Shown one piece after another: positions 9,912 through 19,358 of a stretch of DNA of 64,000 bases. Position 1 is the first letter of the stretch; each line of letters begins with the position of its first letter. The notes below the pieces were generated by a model. It was not told the origin of the DNA. It saw only the letters and a program-made list of their open reading frames with translations, and ran no database searches. The translations under genes were made by a program, and so were the position numbers. Origin of the DNA: Oscillospiraceae bacterium. GTDB lineage: Bacteria > Bacillota > Clostridia > Oscillospirales > Ruminococcaceae. Location: contig DBGCDL010000013.1 of assembly GCA_048358235.1 (NCBI GenBank), forward strand, positions 405-64,404. Reading direction: 5' to 3'.

Positions 9912-10694
9912 TCACCGCCGGGCGGCGACTGCCCGATGAGCACATTCTTTCAAAAAAGGAATCCGATTGGGGTCGGCGCCTTCGGGAACAAAAGGATTGT
10001 CCGCCATAGGATGTCCGATCAGCGCTTCAAACCATACCGCACCCAGCAGATATTTTCCGTAGACAGTGGCATGGTAGCCGTCGCAGTTCAGTTTTACTTC
10101 CCGTCCGTCATCGAAGCGGGTTTGATAAAGGGGATTTTCCCGGGCAAGCTGGAAGGCATCGCCGCTGGGAATCAGGGAAAGAATTTGTCCGGAAACGGCT
10201 TTCCGGGCGGCTTCCTCATAAGCCTCCTTTAGAAGGCTGTACATTTCGGATTGGCTGTCGTGGTAACGGGAAAGCCCGTCGAATCCGGTCTCATAAGCCC
10301 ATGTTTCGTGAATCATCAGCCGTGAGGCAGGGCACAGGTTCCGCACGAAGGCGGCCAGCCGGGGAAGATAGGGATAATAGGTTTCCCGCATCCCGCTGAA
10401 ATGGCTTGCCTGCTGCATGGTAATCACATCCCAGTCCCCGCTTTCCAGCGTCTGACGGATGGAAACCATTTGCCCTGTAAAAACGCCGTTTTCCTGACGC
10501 TCATAATTGGGTGCGTCATGTTCCGCGTTGTCCCAGTGGGTTTCCAGACTGCACCCCCCGATATAGAGGTTGGTAATAAAAAGATCTGTGCCGGAAGCGG
10601 CCGCGATGTCGTGAAGATAGGTGGCCGCGTTTTGTGAAAAGCTGTTTCCGATTGCCAGCACCCGCATGGAAGCAGAGTTTGTTCTTTCGGTCAT
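9912..10694 (-). CDS. SGNH/GDSL-like hydrolase (DUF4886-like), possible carbohydrate esterase
   Basis: Block-I-like VLAIGNSFSQN near the N-terminus, 260 aa, GGAAAGGAA RBS, co-oriented upstream of the GH3 gene. Confidence 0.65.
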   Translation of the reverse strand: MTERTNSASMRVLAIGNSFSQNAATYLHDIAAASGTDLFITNLYIGGCSLETHWDNAEHDAPNYERQENGVFTGQMVSIRQTLESGDWDVITMQQASHFSGMRETYYPYLPRLAAFVRNLCPASRLMIHETWAYETGFDGLSRYHDSQSEMYSLLKEAYEEAARKAVSGQILSLIPSGDAFQLARENPLYQTRFDDGREVKLNCDGYHATVYGKYLLGAVWFEALIGHPMADNPFVPEGADPNRIPFLKECAHRAVAARR

Positions 10695-11175
10695 TGAATG
10701 TCATTCCTTTCCGATGAGCCGGCATTTGAGTCGTGTTTTCTGCCCGATACCTTTATTATAAAAAGCGAAAGCCAAAAAGTCCAGACAATTTTCTTTTTCT
10801 CCTTCATTCAGAAGAAAACAAATTGCCTGCCGGCGGGAATGGACAAGCCGGCGCCATCCCCGGCTGTACCTTGCTTCAGCCGATTAACAACCGGGTAACA
10901 GTTAAGTTAACCTTTGTGTTTTTATACAGTATTTGCCAAAATGTTTGGGGATAATTCAACACACTAATTTGACGAAAAGCCTTTTAATTTTTGACCAATC
11001 CGCTATAATAGTGCATGAACCATTCGAGATGCCTCCGGACGGCCGGTGACTGAAGCGAAATTCAGGCTTCAAAGCCGTGAAAGAAACAGATTGGGCGGTT
11101 TTCTGCCTCGTTTCATCAGAGGTTTTCCAGGCGTCAATCCGAACCAAATGAAAGAGATAGAAATGAGGTGGATAT

Positions 11176-12960
11176 GTGTTTCAGCTAAGATGGGTCTGGC
11201 AAAATATGGAGGGGTTCCGCGGTCGGTATACACTGGCTCTTTTCTCCACAATTGTATTATCGGCATTCGAGCTTTCCAACTCCGTCATTACGGCCAGCAT
11301 CATGGACACGGTCTTCAAGCCGATCGAACAGGGCTCTCCGGTTACGCAGGCTCTGATTCATCAGCTGATCTGGCTGGTGATCCTGTTGGTGGGAGTCACC
11401 CTGCTTCGCACATCCTTAAACTACCTGTCAATCATCACCTATGAGAGCTGCTCTCAAAAGCTGGTTTATAAGCTGCGCCGGGATCTGTACAGAAATATGC
11501 AGAATCAGGATCAGAACTTTTACAGCAAAAACCGGACCGGCGACCTGATGACCAGACTGACCGGTGATATGGACATGATCCGGCATACCGTGGCCAATAT
11601 TCCCCGTATGCTGCTGAACTGCGCGGTCCTGTTTTGCACCACCATTGTGGTGTTTTTTACCAGAGACTGGATTTTTACACTCTGCCTGCTGGCCATCACC
11701 CCGCTGATTTTTATGGGGACGGTGCGCTATTCCAAGCGGGTAGGCCCCCTGTATGTGGATCTTCGGGAAAAACTTTCCCAGCTGAATATCTGCGCCCAGG
11801 AGAACATCAGCGGCAACCGGGTGGTAAAAGCATTTGCCCGGGAGGATTACGAAATCGGCCGCTTTGACGAGCGAAACAGGGATTTTAAGGAATCCAACCT
11901 GAAAGCCACTCTTCTCTGGCTTCGCTACGCTCCCTACATAGACGGCTTGTGCAATGCTTTGGGTGTGGCGGTTTTGCTGGTGGGCGGCGCGTTCCTGATT
12001 ATGGGACGGATTTCCATCGGTACCTTCACGCTGTTCAACGGACTGTGCTGGACGCTGACCAACCCCATGCGGACGCTGGCCATGCTGCTGAACGACCTCC
12101 AGCGTTTCTTTGCCAGCTGCTCCAAAATTGTCGAGCTTTATTACAGCCAGCCCCGGATTACCAGCCCGCAGATGCCCCGTGAAAAGGCCGGGCGGGTGGA
12201 AGGCTCCATCCGTTTCAACGACGTATGCCTGAAGCTCGGCAACACCGAAGTGCTCAAGAATATCAACGTTACGATTTCTCCCGGGGAAACGGTGGCCGTT
12301 ATGGGCAGCACCGGCTCCGGAAAAACTTCATTGGTCAATCTGATTCCCCGGTTTAACGATGTCACCTCGGGCGAGCTTCTCATCGACGGGATTCCTGTGA
12401 ACAAGTATCCTCTGAAGAAGCTCCGGTCCGCCATCGGCATCGCCACACAGGACGTATTCCTCTATTCGGACACGGTGGATGGAAACATTGCCTACGGCGA
12501 CAGCAAAATGCCGGAGGAGGACGTGGCCCGCTATGCCAAGATGGCTTGTGTGGACTTCGTGGACACTCTGCCGGAAGGGTTTGACACCATTATCGGCGAG
12601 CGGGGAACCGGCCTGTCCGGCGGTCAGAAGCAGAGAATCGCTCTGGCCCGGGCACTGGCGGTGCGCCCCTCCATTTTGATTCTGGATGACACCACCTCGG
12701 CGGTGGATCTGGAAACCGAAAAATACATTCAGAACGAACTGGATCATCTGGATTTTGCCTGCACGAAAATTATTGTGGCCCAGCGTATCTCCACCACCAA
12801 GCGGGCGGATAAGATCCTGATTATGGATCAGGGCAGAATCATTCAGGTGGGCACCCATCAGGAGCTTTGCAGCCAGGAAGGCTACTACAGGGATGTTTAT
12901 CTGCTCCAAAACGGCGACGCTGATATCACCGCGGAAGAGGAGGTGCGTCAGAATGGCTAG
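11176..12960 (+). CDS. ABC exporter, fused permease/ATPase (heterodimer subunit 1)
   Basis: N-terminal 6-TM domain; Walker A GSTGSGKTS, signature LSGGQKQR, Walker B ILILDD. GTG start with a GAGGTGG RBS. Confidence 0.9.
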   Translation: MFQLRWVWQNMEGFRGRYTLALFSTIVLSAFELSNSVITASIMDTVFKPIEQGSPVTQALIHQLIWLVILLVGVTLLRTSLNYLSIITYESCSQKLVYKLRRDLYRNMQNQDQNFYSKNRTGDLMTRLTGDMDMIRHTVANIPRMLLNCAVLFCTTIVVFFTRDWIFTLCLLAITPLIFMGTVRYSKRVGPLYVDLREKLSQLNICAQENISGNRVVKAFAREDYEIGRFDERNRDFKESNLKATLLWLRYAPYIDGLCNALGVAVLLVGGAFLIMGRISIGTFTLFNGLCWTLTNPMRTLAMLLNDLQRFFASCSKIVELYYSQPRITSPQMPREKAGRVEGSIRFNDVCLKLGNTEVLKNINVTISPGETVAVMGSTGSGKTSLVNLIPRFNDVTSGELLIDGIPVNKYPLKKLRSAIGIATQDVFLYSDTVDGNIAYGDSKMPEEDVARYAKMACVDFVDTLPEGFDTIIGERGTGLSGGQKQRIALARALAVRPSILILDDTTSAVDLETEKYIQNELDHLDFACTKIIVAQRISTTKRADKILIMDQGRIIQVGTHQELCSQEGYYRDVYLLQNGDADITAEEEVRQNG

Positions 12961-14722
12961 AAACCGTTTCGATATCGACGAAACTCTGGAAACCCCGTTT
13001 AATATCAAGCATCTGCTCCGGGCGGGAAAATACATCGGCATGCATAAGAAAAAGATGATTGCATCGCTGATTTTGTCCGCGCTTGCCGCAGTTACCAGCC
13101 TGTTCGGCCCGCTGCTTGTGGAGAAGGCGATTGATATTGCCGTTCCCAACAAGGACTACAAGCTGCTGTTCCTTCTGACGGGACTCATGATCGTCACCGT
13201 GGGGCTGTCCATCTGGTTTTCCATTATCCGGGCCAAGTACATGACCATTGTCGGCCAGGAAATCATCTACGATATCCGCAAAGATCTGTTTGACCACCTG
13301 CAGAAGCTTTCCTTCCAGTACTACGATGACCGGCCCCACGGAAAAATTCTGGTCCGCGTCATCAATTACGTCAACAACGTGTCGGATATGCTTTCCAACG
13401 GCGTCATCAACTTTGTTCTGGAAATTTTTAACGTTATCATCATTGCGGTCTTCATGTTCTCGCGTGATGTGCGGTTAAGCCTTGTGGTTGTGGCGGGCAT
13501 TCCGCTGTTCCTGATTATCGCCGTAATCATCAAGCCCGCCCAGCGGAAGGCTTGGCAGAGCGTATCCGCCAAGGGCTCCAACCTGAATGCCTATCTGCAT
13601 GAAAGTCTGGATGGGGCAAAGATTACCCAGGCGTTTACCCGGGAAGAAGAAAATGCCGAGATTTTCGACAAGCTGAATCAGCAGAACGTCAAGGCATGGA
13701 TGAGGGCGGTCAAAACCTCCAACCTGGTATGGTACTCCGTGGACAATATTTCCACATGGGTGGTTTCGGCCATGTATCTGGTGGGACTGTTCTTTATCGG
13801 GCCTTCCCTGCAGATCGGTACCCTGATTGCGGTGGCATCCTACGCATGGCGGTTCTGGCAGCCGATTTTGAGTCTGTCGAACCTTTACAACAGCTTTATG
13901 AACTCCATCGCTTATCTGGAGCGCATCTTTGAAATGATGGATGAACCGGTTACGGTGGACGATGTACCCGATGCGGCAGAACTTCCCCCCATTCAGGGCA
14001 ACGTCACTTTCGACGATGTGACCTTTACCTATGATGGCACGAAGAACATTCTGGAGCATATGAACATCGACGTAAAAGCCGGCGAATCCATTGCTCTGGT
14101 CGGTCCCACCGGTGCCGGAAAAACCACGGTGGTCAACCTGATTTCCCGCTTTTACAATGTTACGGAAGGGCGGGTGCTGCTGGACGGCAACGACATCAGC
14201 AAGGTGACCCTTCACTCCCTGCGCAGCCAGATGGGCATTATGCTGCAGGACAGCTTTATTTTCTCCGGCACCATTCTGGATAACATCCGTTACGGCCGGC
14301 TGGACGCCACGGAGGATGAGATCATTGCGGCGGCCAAGACCGTCCGCGCCCATGAATTCATCTCCGAAATGGAAGACGGGTATTACACCCAGGTGAATGA
14401 GCGGGGCTCCCGCCTGTCACAGGGCCAGAAACAGCTCATTGCCTTCGCGCGGACATTGCTGTCCGACCCGAAGATTCTGGTGCTGGACGAAGCCACCTCC
14501 TCCATTGACGCAAAAACCGAGCGGCTTTTGCAGGAAGGCCTTCAGGCTCTGCTGAAGGGGCGCACCTCCTTTATCATTGCTCACCGGCTTTCCACCATCA
14601 AAAACTGCGACCGCATCATGTATGTTTCCAACAAGGGAATCTCCGAATGCGGCAGTCATCACGAGCTGCTGGCGCTCAAGGGCAGCTATTACCATCTTTA
14701 TACTGCCCAGATGGAAGACTGA
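12953..14722 (+). CDS. ABC exporter, fused permease/ATPase (heterodimer subunit 2)
   Basis: GPTGAGKTT, LSQGQKQL, ILVLDEATS. ATG 12953 overlaps the upstream stop (ATGGCTAG), which suggests translational coupling. Confidence 0.9.
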   Translation: MARNRFDIDETLETPFNIKHLLRAGKYIGMHKKKMIASLILSALAAVTSLFGPLLVEKAIDIAVPNKDYKLLFLLTGLMIVTVGLSIWFSIIRAKYMTIVGQEIIYDIRKDLFDHLQKLSFQYYDDRPHGKILVRVINYVNNVSDMLSNGVINFVLEIFNVIIIAVFMFSRDVRLSLVVVAGIPLFLIIAVIIKPAQRKAWQSVSAKGSNLNAYLHESLDGAKITQAFTREEENAEIFDKLNQQNVKAWMRAVKTSNLVWYSVDNISTWVVSAMYLVGLFFIGPSLQIGTLIAVASYAWRFWQPILSLSNLYNSFMNSIAYLERIFEMMDEPVTVDDVPDAAELPPIQGNVTFDDVTFTYDGTKNILEHMNIDVKAGESIALVGPTGAGKTTVVNLISRFYNVTEGRVLLDGNDISKVTLHSLRSQMGIMLQDSFIFSGTILDNIRYGRLDATEDEIIAAAKTVRAHEFISEMEDGYYTQVNERGSRLSQGQKQLIAFARTLLSDPKILVLDEATSSIDAKTERLLQEGLQALLKGRTSFIIAHRLSTIKNCDRIMYVSNKGISECGSHHELLALKGSYYHLYTAQMED

Positions 14723-14734
14723 AAAAATTTGCGA

Positions 14735-14792
14735 GGCCCGTCTTTCGTTTGTCAAAACGAAAGACGGGCCTTTTCGTCTGCGGGCCTTTTTT
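14735..14792 (+). terminator. Intrinsic terminator after the ABC exporter pair
   Basis: GGCCCGTCTTTCGTTT-GTCA-AAACGAAAGACGGGCC followed by TTTTCG, plus an alternative CGGGCCTTTTTT. Confidence 0.75.
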
Positions 14793-14960
14793 GCCGGAGC
14801 TGCCGGGTATATTCGGTAGGGGAGGAACCCGCGATTCTTCGGAAAGCCTTGCGGAAGGACTGCGGGGAATCGTACCCCAAAAGGGCGGGGGAAAAAGCAA
14901 GGGCCCCCGGCCGAGTTGTCCAGGCGTTTCGACTGTGTTGTCCCAATTGGTTTTTTGCCC
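14752..14960 (-). pseudogene. Remnant of an AraC-family regulator (C-terminal HTH only, at least one frameshift)
   Basis: The minus-strand frame reads ..ALLGYDSPQSFRKAFRRIAGSSPTEYTRQ.., the canonical end of an AraC HTH. The preceding helix-like text (..SKRLDNSAG..) is in another frame. There is no room for the ~200-aa N-terminal part before the next gene at 15079. Confidence 0.6.
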
Positions 14961-15078
14961 TTTTTTGATTGACAGACAGGTTTCAAAAATGGTATATTTT
15001 TCTCGAAATCCGGTAATTTGGGATTTCGGCAGCATTTTTCCCATGGTCAAGACAGAAACAACAGAAAGAAGAGAGAAA

Positions 15079-16242
15079 ATGATCCGTTACGATTATCAAA
15101 AGCACAACGAGGATGTGCGCCGCCAGCTTGAGCTGAAAAAGCTCGGAAAGCAGGAGCGGATGCTGGTTTCTATCTCCTGCAATCCCCGGCTGATTCTCTC
15201 CGACCCCGCACTGAATCCCGAGGGAATCACCTTCGAAGCCTATATGAAAGACCCCCAAAAGATGCTGGAAGTTCAGTGCCGCTTTCAGGAGTATAGGGCC
15301 AACAACGTCTTTTCAGACTGGATCATGGGATTTGAAAATCTGGAGGGGCTCTCGGCCTATGCGGATTTTCAGAACGTGCCGGAAGCGGCTTATTACGGCT
15401 GTCAGGTGGCCTATCACGGCATTTATGAGCCCGGTACCAGAGTCTGTCTGAATGATGAAAACAAGTATGATTTCATTAAAAAGCCCTTTCCCGATCCGTT
15501 TTCCGGGCTGATGGGAGAATGCAGCCGCTATTACGATTTCTTTCAGGAGCAGATCAAAAAAGGCTATACCTATAAGGGAAAACCGCTGACCGGCACTTTC
15601 CCGTCCTGTCTTGGAACGGACGGCCCCTTTACCATAGGCTGCTGCCTTCTGGGAGCCACGGAGCTGTGCATTCTCCTGTATGAGGAAGAGGAGTTTGCCA
15701 GAGAGTTTCTGGAATACATCACCGAGAGTACAATCTGGCGGATCAAGGAAATGCGCCGCCATTTCGGTCAGCCGGAAAAGTCGGCGGAGTTCGGATTTGC
15801 GGACGACAGCATTGCAATGCTGTCACCGGAGGATTACAGGCGGTTTATCCTTCCCCTCCACAAAAAGCTGAAGGAGGAGCTCTGCACCGGAGAAAACGGA
15901 ATCTCCATCCATCTCTGCGGGGACGCCACCCGCCATTTCAAAACGATGGTGGATGAGCTGGACGCCCGTGCCTTTGACACGGGATTTCCGGTCCATCACG
16001 GCCAGCTGGTGCGTCAGCTGGGGCCGGAGATTACCATATCGGGCGGTGTTCATGTGGATCTGCTTCGTTCCGGAACGCCGGATGAGGTGGCCGCCGAGAC
16101 CCGCCGCATCATTGACGAAGTAAAGCCCTGCACAAGAAACTTTGTAATGAAGGAAGCAAACAACCTTTCCCCCGGAACACCTCCGGAAAATATGCTTCGC
16201 ATGTATCAAACCGTTCTGGAATACGGGCGGTACGGCGATTGA
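15079..16242 (+). CDS. Uroporphyrinogen decarboxylase (URO-D)/MtaA-family protein, putative methylcobamide-type methyltransferase
   Basis: URO-D family C-terminal half (FADDSIAMLSPEDYRRFILP; ISIHLCGDATRHF carrying the H-x-C-G motif known as a zinc site in MtaA-type enzymes). Start placed at ATG 15079 (MIRYDYQK), not the track's upstream extension. Confidence 0.7.
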   Translation: MIRYDYQKHNEDVRRQLELKKLGKQERMLVSISCNPRLILSDPALNPEGITFEAYMKDPQKMLEVQCRFQEYRANNVFSDWIMGFENLEGLSAYADFQNVPEAAYYGCQVAYHGIYEPGTRVCLNDENKYDFIKKPFPDPFSGLMGECSRYYDFFQEQIKKGYTYKGKPLTGTFPSCLGTDGPFTIGCCLLGATELCILLYEEEEFAREFLEYITESTIWRIKEMRRHFGQPEKSAEFGFADDSIAMLSPEDYRRFILPLHKKLKEELCTGENGISIHLCGDATRHFKTMVDELDARAFDTGFPVHHGQLVRQLGPEITISGGVHVDLLRSGTPDEVAAETRRIIDEVKPCTRNFVMKEANNLSPGTPPENMLRMYQTVLEYGRYGD

Positions 16243-16546
16243 TTTTTTCATCTTGGTAAAAAGACAGGTTCTTCCGACTTGTTTTTTTAATAAAGAAAGC
16301 TCCGGCTGCTATGGACGGCGCCTTAAGGTCAGCTGCGGGATACCGCATGGTCTGACTTTGGGGAGCGGGTCCGTACTGCGGCCGGAGCTTTCTCTTGGAG
16401 TAATTCGGCATCGGGCCGCTGCCGAAATTCGTCAATATCGGTTGACACAAGCTGGAAAATAGGATACAACTAAAGAAGCGAGAATGATGAGCCGTACCCC
16501 CCACAGGAACGGTTTCAGTGACGCCTGCGGAAAGGAATCTCCTTTT

Positions 16547-17659
16547 ATGACATCGAAAGAACGTATTTTAAATACAGTATACCGGAAAAAGACAGATCGG
16601 GTTCCTGTTTCCCTTTATGAATTGAGTCCCTTTTCGGGAAGCGCCTATGCGTCCTTTGCCAATGAGGAGCCTTCCTACCAGCGGCTTCTGAAGATCATGA
16701 GGGACAAGACGGACACTTTGATGATGAGCGACCCCGTAATCTCCTACCCGGAGATAGAGGCGGTTACGGAAATCCGCACATGGCGGGAGGGGGAGCATCT
16801 CTTTGAAGAGAAAACCATCCATACTCCCAAAGGGGATCTCACATCCAAAACCCGCCGGGATGACAATATTTTTACGGTATGGGTTCTGGAGCATCTGTTG
16901 AAGGAACCCGATGACATTGAAAAATACCGTTCCCTGAATTTTTCCAGCCGGGTGGACACTTCCCGAATGATGGCGGATAAAGAGCGGATCGGGGATGCAG
17001 GCATCCTTCTTCCGTCCTTTGCCGACCCCATTTGCCATGGCGCGGAGCTTTTTTCCATGGAGGATTTTCTTGTTTTCGCCATTACGGAAACAGAGCGGGC
17101 GGAGGAATTTCTGGACTGGATCTGGGAAATGGTGGAGAGCAATCTGGCCCGGATGCTGAAAGCGGATATGCGGGACGTGATGGTGCGGATTGTGGGGCCG
17201 GAATATGCCACGCCGCCCTATTTGGGCAATTCGTATTACGACCGCTTCGTGACCAAATATGTTTCCCGCATGGCCGCCATGATTAAGGCGGCGGGAGCCA
17301 TTCCCCGGGTCCATTCCCACGGACGTGTACGCTATGCCTTGAGCCGGCTGGCGGAGACGGAAGTGATGTGCGTCGATCCGGTGGAGCCCCTTCCCGACGG
17401 CGATATTTCACTCCGGGAGGTAAAAACTCTCTACGGGGATAAGTTTACCATTCTGGGCAATATTGAGCTGAAAATGCTGGAAACGGCCAGCCCCCGTCAG
17501 GTGGAGGAAGCGGTACGTTCGGTTATGGAGGACGCCAAAGAGGGCGGCGGACTGATCCTGATGCCCACAGCCACCCCCATCAATCTTCCGCTTTCTCCCA
17601 AAACGGAAGAGAATCTCATTGCCATGATTGAGGCGGGTCTGACCTACGGACGGTATTAA
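16547..17659 (+). CDS. URO-D-family protein (second, divergent paralog)
   Basis: 370 aa with a family-like layout (KERILNTVYRKKTDRVPV N-terminus, ..VHSHGRV.., ..ILMPTATP..). It lacks the H-x-C motif. GGAAAGGAA RBS before ATG 16547. Confidence 0.65.
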   Translation: MTSKERILNTVYRKKTDRVPVSLYELSPFSGSAYASFANEEPSYQRLLKIMRDKTDTLMMSDPVISYPEIEAVTEIRTWREGEHLFEEKTIHTPKGDLTSKTRRDDNIFTVWVLEHLLKEPDDIEKYRSLNFSSRVDTSRMMADKERIGDAGILLPSFADPICHGAELFSMEDFLVFAITETERAEEFLDWIWEMVESNLARMLKADMRDVMVRIVGPEYATPPYLGNSYYDRFVTKYVSRMAAMIKAAGAIPRVHSHGRVRYALSRLAETEVMCVDPVEPLPDGDISLREVKTLYGDKFTILGNIELKMLETASPRQVEEAVRSVMEDAKEGGGLILMPTATPINLPLSPKTEENLIAMIEAGLTYGRY

Positions 17660-17692
17660 GAGACCGATTATTCAGCCTGAAGGAGCACCTGA

Positions 17693-18610
17693 ATGGGAAA
17701 TGTACTGATCAAAGCGGCGGCGTTTGTGGTCGTCATCGTATTGGGATACCTTTTAAAGCGCCGGGGCTTTTTCCGAAAAGAGGATTTCGGCATCCTTTCC
17801 CGAATTGTCATCAACATTACACTCCCCTGTGCGATTATCATGAACTTCAGTCGGATTTCCCTGCAATCCTCCCTTCTGGTGGCGGTAGGGCTGGGGCTTG
17901 GATGCAATCTGGTGACGGTGGGGTTCGGCTACCTGTATGCCCTCCGGAAAAGCGGGACGGAAAAGGCGTTTTATATGCTGAATCTCTCCGGATACAACAT
18001 CGGATGCTTCACCATGCCCTTCGTTCAGAGCTTTCTGGGACCCACCGGCATGGTTGTAACCAGTCTGTTTGACGCGGGAAATTCCCTTATGTGCACCGGG
18101 GCTTCCTATTCGCTGGCATCGCTGGCGGCAGGAAAGCGGGAGGGTTCCGCGGTTTCTTCCTTCCTGAAGAAGATGTTCCGCTCGGTCCCCCTGGATACCT
18201 ATCTTGTCATGCTGATTCTGGGGCTCTTTCAGCTGCCCCTGCCTGCGTTTGTGGGCACCTTCGCGGATATTGTCGGTTCGGCCAACGGATTTATGGCCAT
18301 GCTGATGCTGGGAGTGGGATTTGAGCTGAAGCTGGAAAAAGCGCAGCTTGCCCGCATTTTCCGGCATCTGGCGCTGCGGTTCGGAATGTCTGCGGTTTTT
18401 GCCCTGCTCTTTTATTTTTGCCTGCCCCTTCCTCTGGAGGTTCGTCAGGTTTTGGCAATCGTGGTGTTTGCTCCCGTTTCTGCCGTTGCCACAGCCTTTA
18501 CCCAGCGGTGTGACGGGGATGTGGCACTGTCCAGCGCCATTAATTCGCTTTCCATTGTCGTCAGTGTCATCATTATTACCGGCCTTCTTTTGACTATGGG
18601 ACTGGGATAA
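17693..18610 (+). CDS. AEC (auxin efflux carrier) family permease
   Basis: 305 aa with ~10 TM segments and a typical AEC N-terminus (..LGYLLKRRGFFRKEDFGILSRIVINITLPC..). AAGGAG RBS. Confidence 0.85.
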   Translation: MGNVLIKAAAFVVVIVLGYLLKRRGFFRKEDFGILSRIVINITLPCAIIMNFSRISLQSSLLVAVGLGLGCNLVTVGFGYLYALRKSGTEKAFYMLNLSGYNIGCFTMPFVQSFLGPTGMVVTSLFDAGNSLMCTGASYSLASLAAGKREGSAVSSFLKKMFRSVPLDTYLVMLILGLFQLPLPAFVGTFADIVGSANGFMAMLMLGVGFELKLEKAQLARIFRHLALRFGMSAVFALLFYFCLPLPLEVRQVLAIVVFAPVSAVATAFTQRCDGDVALSSAINSLSIVVSVIIITGLLLTMGLG

Positions 18611-18634
18611 CGGATCGGAAAGGACTTGAAAAGA

Positions 18635-19090
18635 ATGAGAATTTGTCAACACTGCGGAGAAAATAACTGGGATACCGCCGCCTTCTGCGGCCGGTGCGGG
18701 AAGCCTCTTGCGGAAAACGCACCCTGCTCCTCCCCTTCTGTTGAGCCCCCCCAGACTCCCGACGGGCAGCCGCTGCCCCCTCAAACACCCTACTCTCCTT
18801 ATCCGGGACAGGTCCCTCCGTCCCTCAATTCCCCCTTTCCCCCGGTACAGCGCCGGAAGAGCGCGGCTCCTACGGTGCTTGGGGTGATCGGGATTGTGTT
18901 TGCTCTGCTGCTTCCGGTAGTGACCTATGCCTGTTCCATTCCCGGACTTGTGATGGCCAATCGGGAAATTCGCAGCGGCCTTCCGGGCAGGGCTGCACGG
19001 AATCTGAATATTGCTGCGCTGGCGGTGGCGGTGGTCAACTCCATTCTGGGGATTGCGCTGAACCTGTCCAGTCTGTCGAATCTGCTTTAG
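18635..19090 (+). CDS. Zinc-ribbon / Pro-rich linker / DUF4190-like membrane protein
   Basis: CQHCG..x..CGRCGKPL zinc ribbon, a Pro-rich spacer, and two C-terminal TM helices. ATG 18635 preferred over TTG 18626. Confidence 0.6.
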   Translation: MRICQHCGENNWDTAAFCGRCGKPLAENAPCSSPSVEPPQTPDGQPLPPQTPYSPYPGQVPPSLNSPFPPVQRRKSAAPTVLGVIGIVFALLLPVVTYACSIPGLVMANREIRSGLPGRAARNLNIAALAVAVVNSILGIALNLSSLSNLL

Positions 19091-19190
19091 AAGGGGAAAA
19101 CAGATTCATCAGGACAAGATACTACAAAAATAGACGATATTTTTCTGGCGCTGTTTTCCGAACTATGCTATAATAAGCTCTATAGCCGAA

Positions 19191-19216
19191 ATCATAGATT
19201 TCGGCCATAACGAGAA
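19191..19216 (+). repeat. 26-bp exact direct repeat, copy 1
   Basis: ATCATAGATTTCGGCCATAACGAGAA. In this copy it forms the 3' arm of the hairpin GCCGAAAT-CATAG-ATTTCGGC. Confidence 0.9.
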
Positions 19217-19358
19217 CATTTCAGCACGGGAACCTATTTTGCATTCCGCAAAATAGACTTTTTATGCGATAATAGAACAAAACACGGCGTGTTTTGTTCA
19301 TCAGGGAATACTGTTATAACCTCTATGGCACCCCATGCCGCTTTCGGAAGCGGCACAT

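Noticed and set aside
9802-9945. 48-codon N-terminal extension of the GH3 ORF overlapping the SGNH hydrolase gene
   Set aside because: The internal ATG at 9801 has a proper RBS, and the GH3 domain starts right after it. The extension would overlap the upstream gene's 3' end by 34 nt.
10695-11175. Riboswitch or leader peptide upstream of the ABC exporter pair
   Set aside because: I found only small local hairpins (CCGG-ACGG-CCGG, GAAGC..GCTTC). There is no conserved aptamer core, no short ORF with an RBS, and no terminator/antiterminator pair.
14647-15078. 144-codon N-terminal extension of the first URO-D gene in the ORF track
   Set aside because: The extension overlaps the terminator and the AraC remnant and has Arg/Gly/Pro-rich junk composition. 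Family homology starts at MIRYDYQK (ATG 15079).
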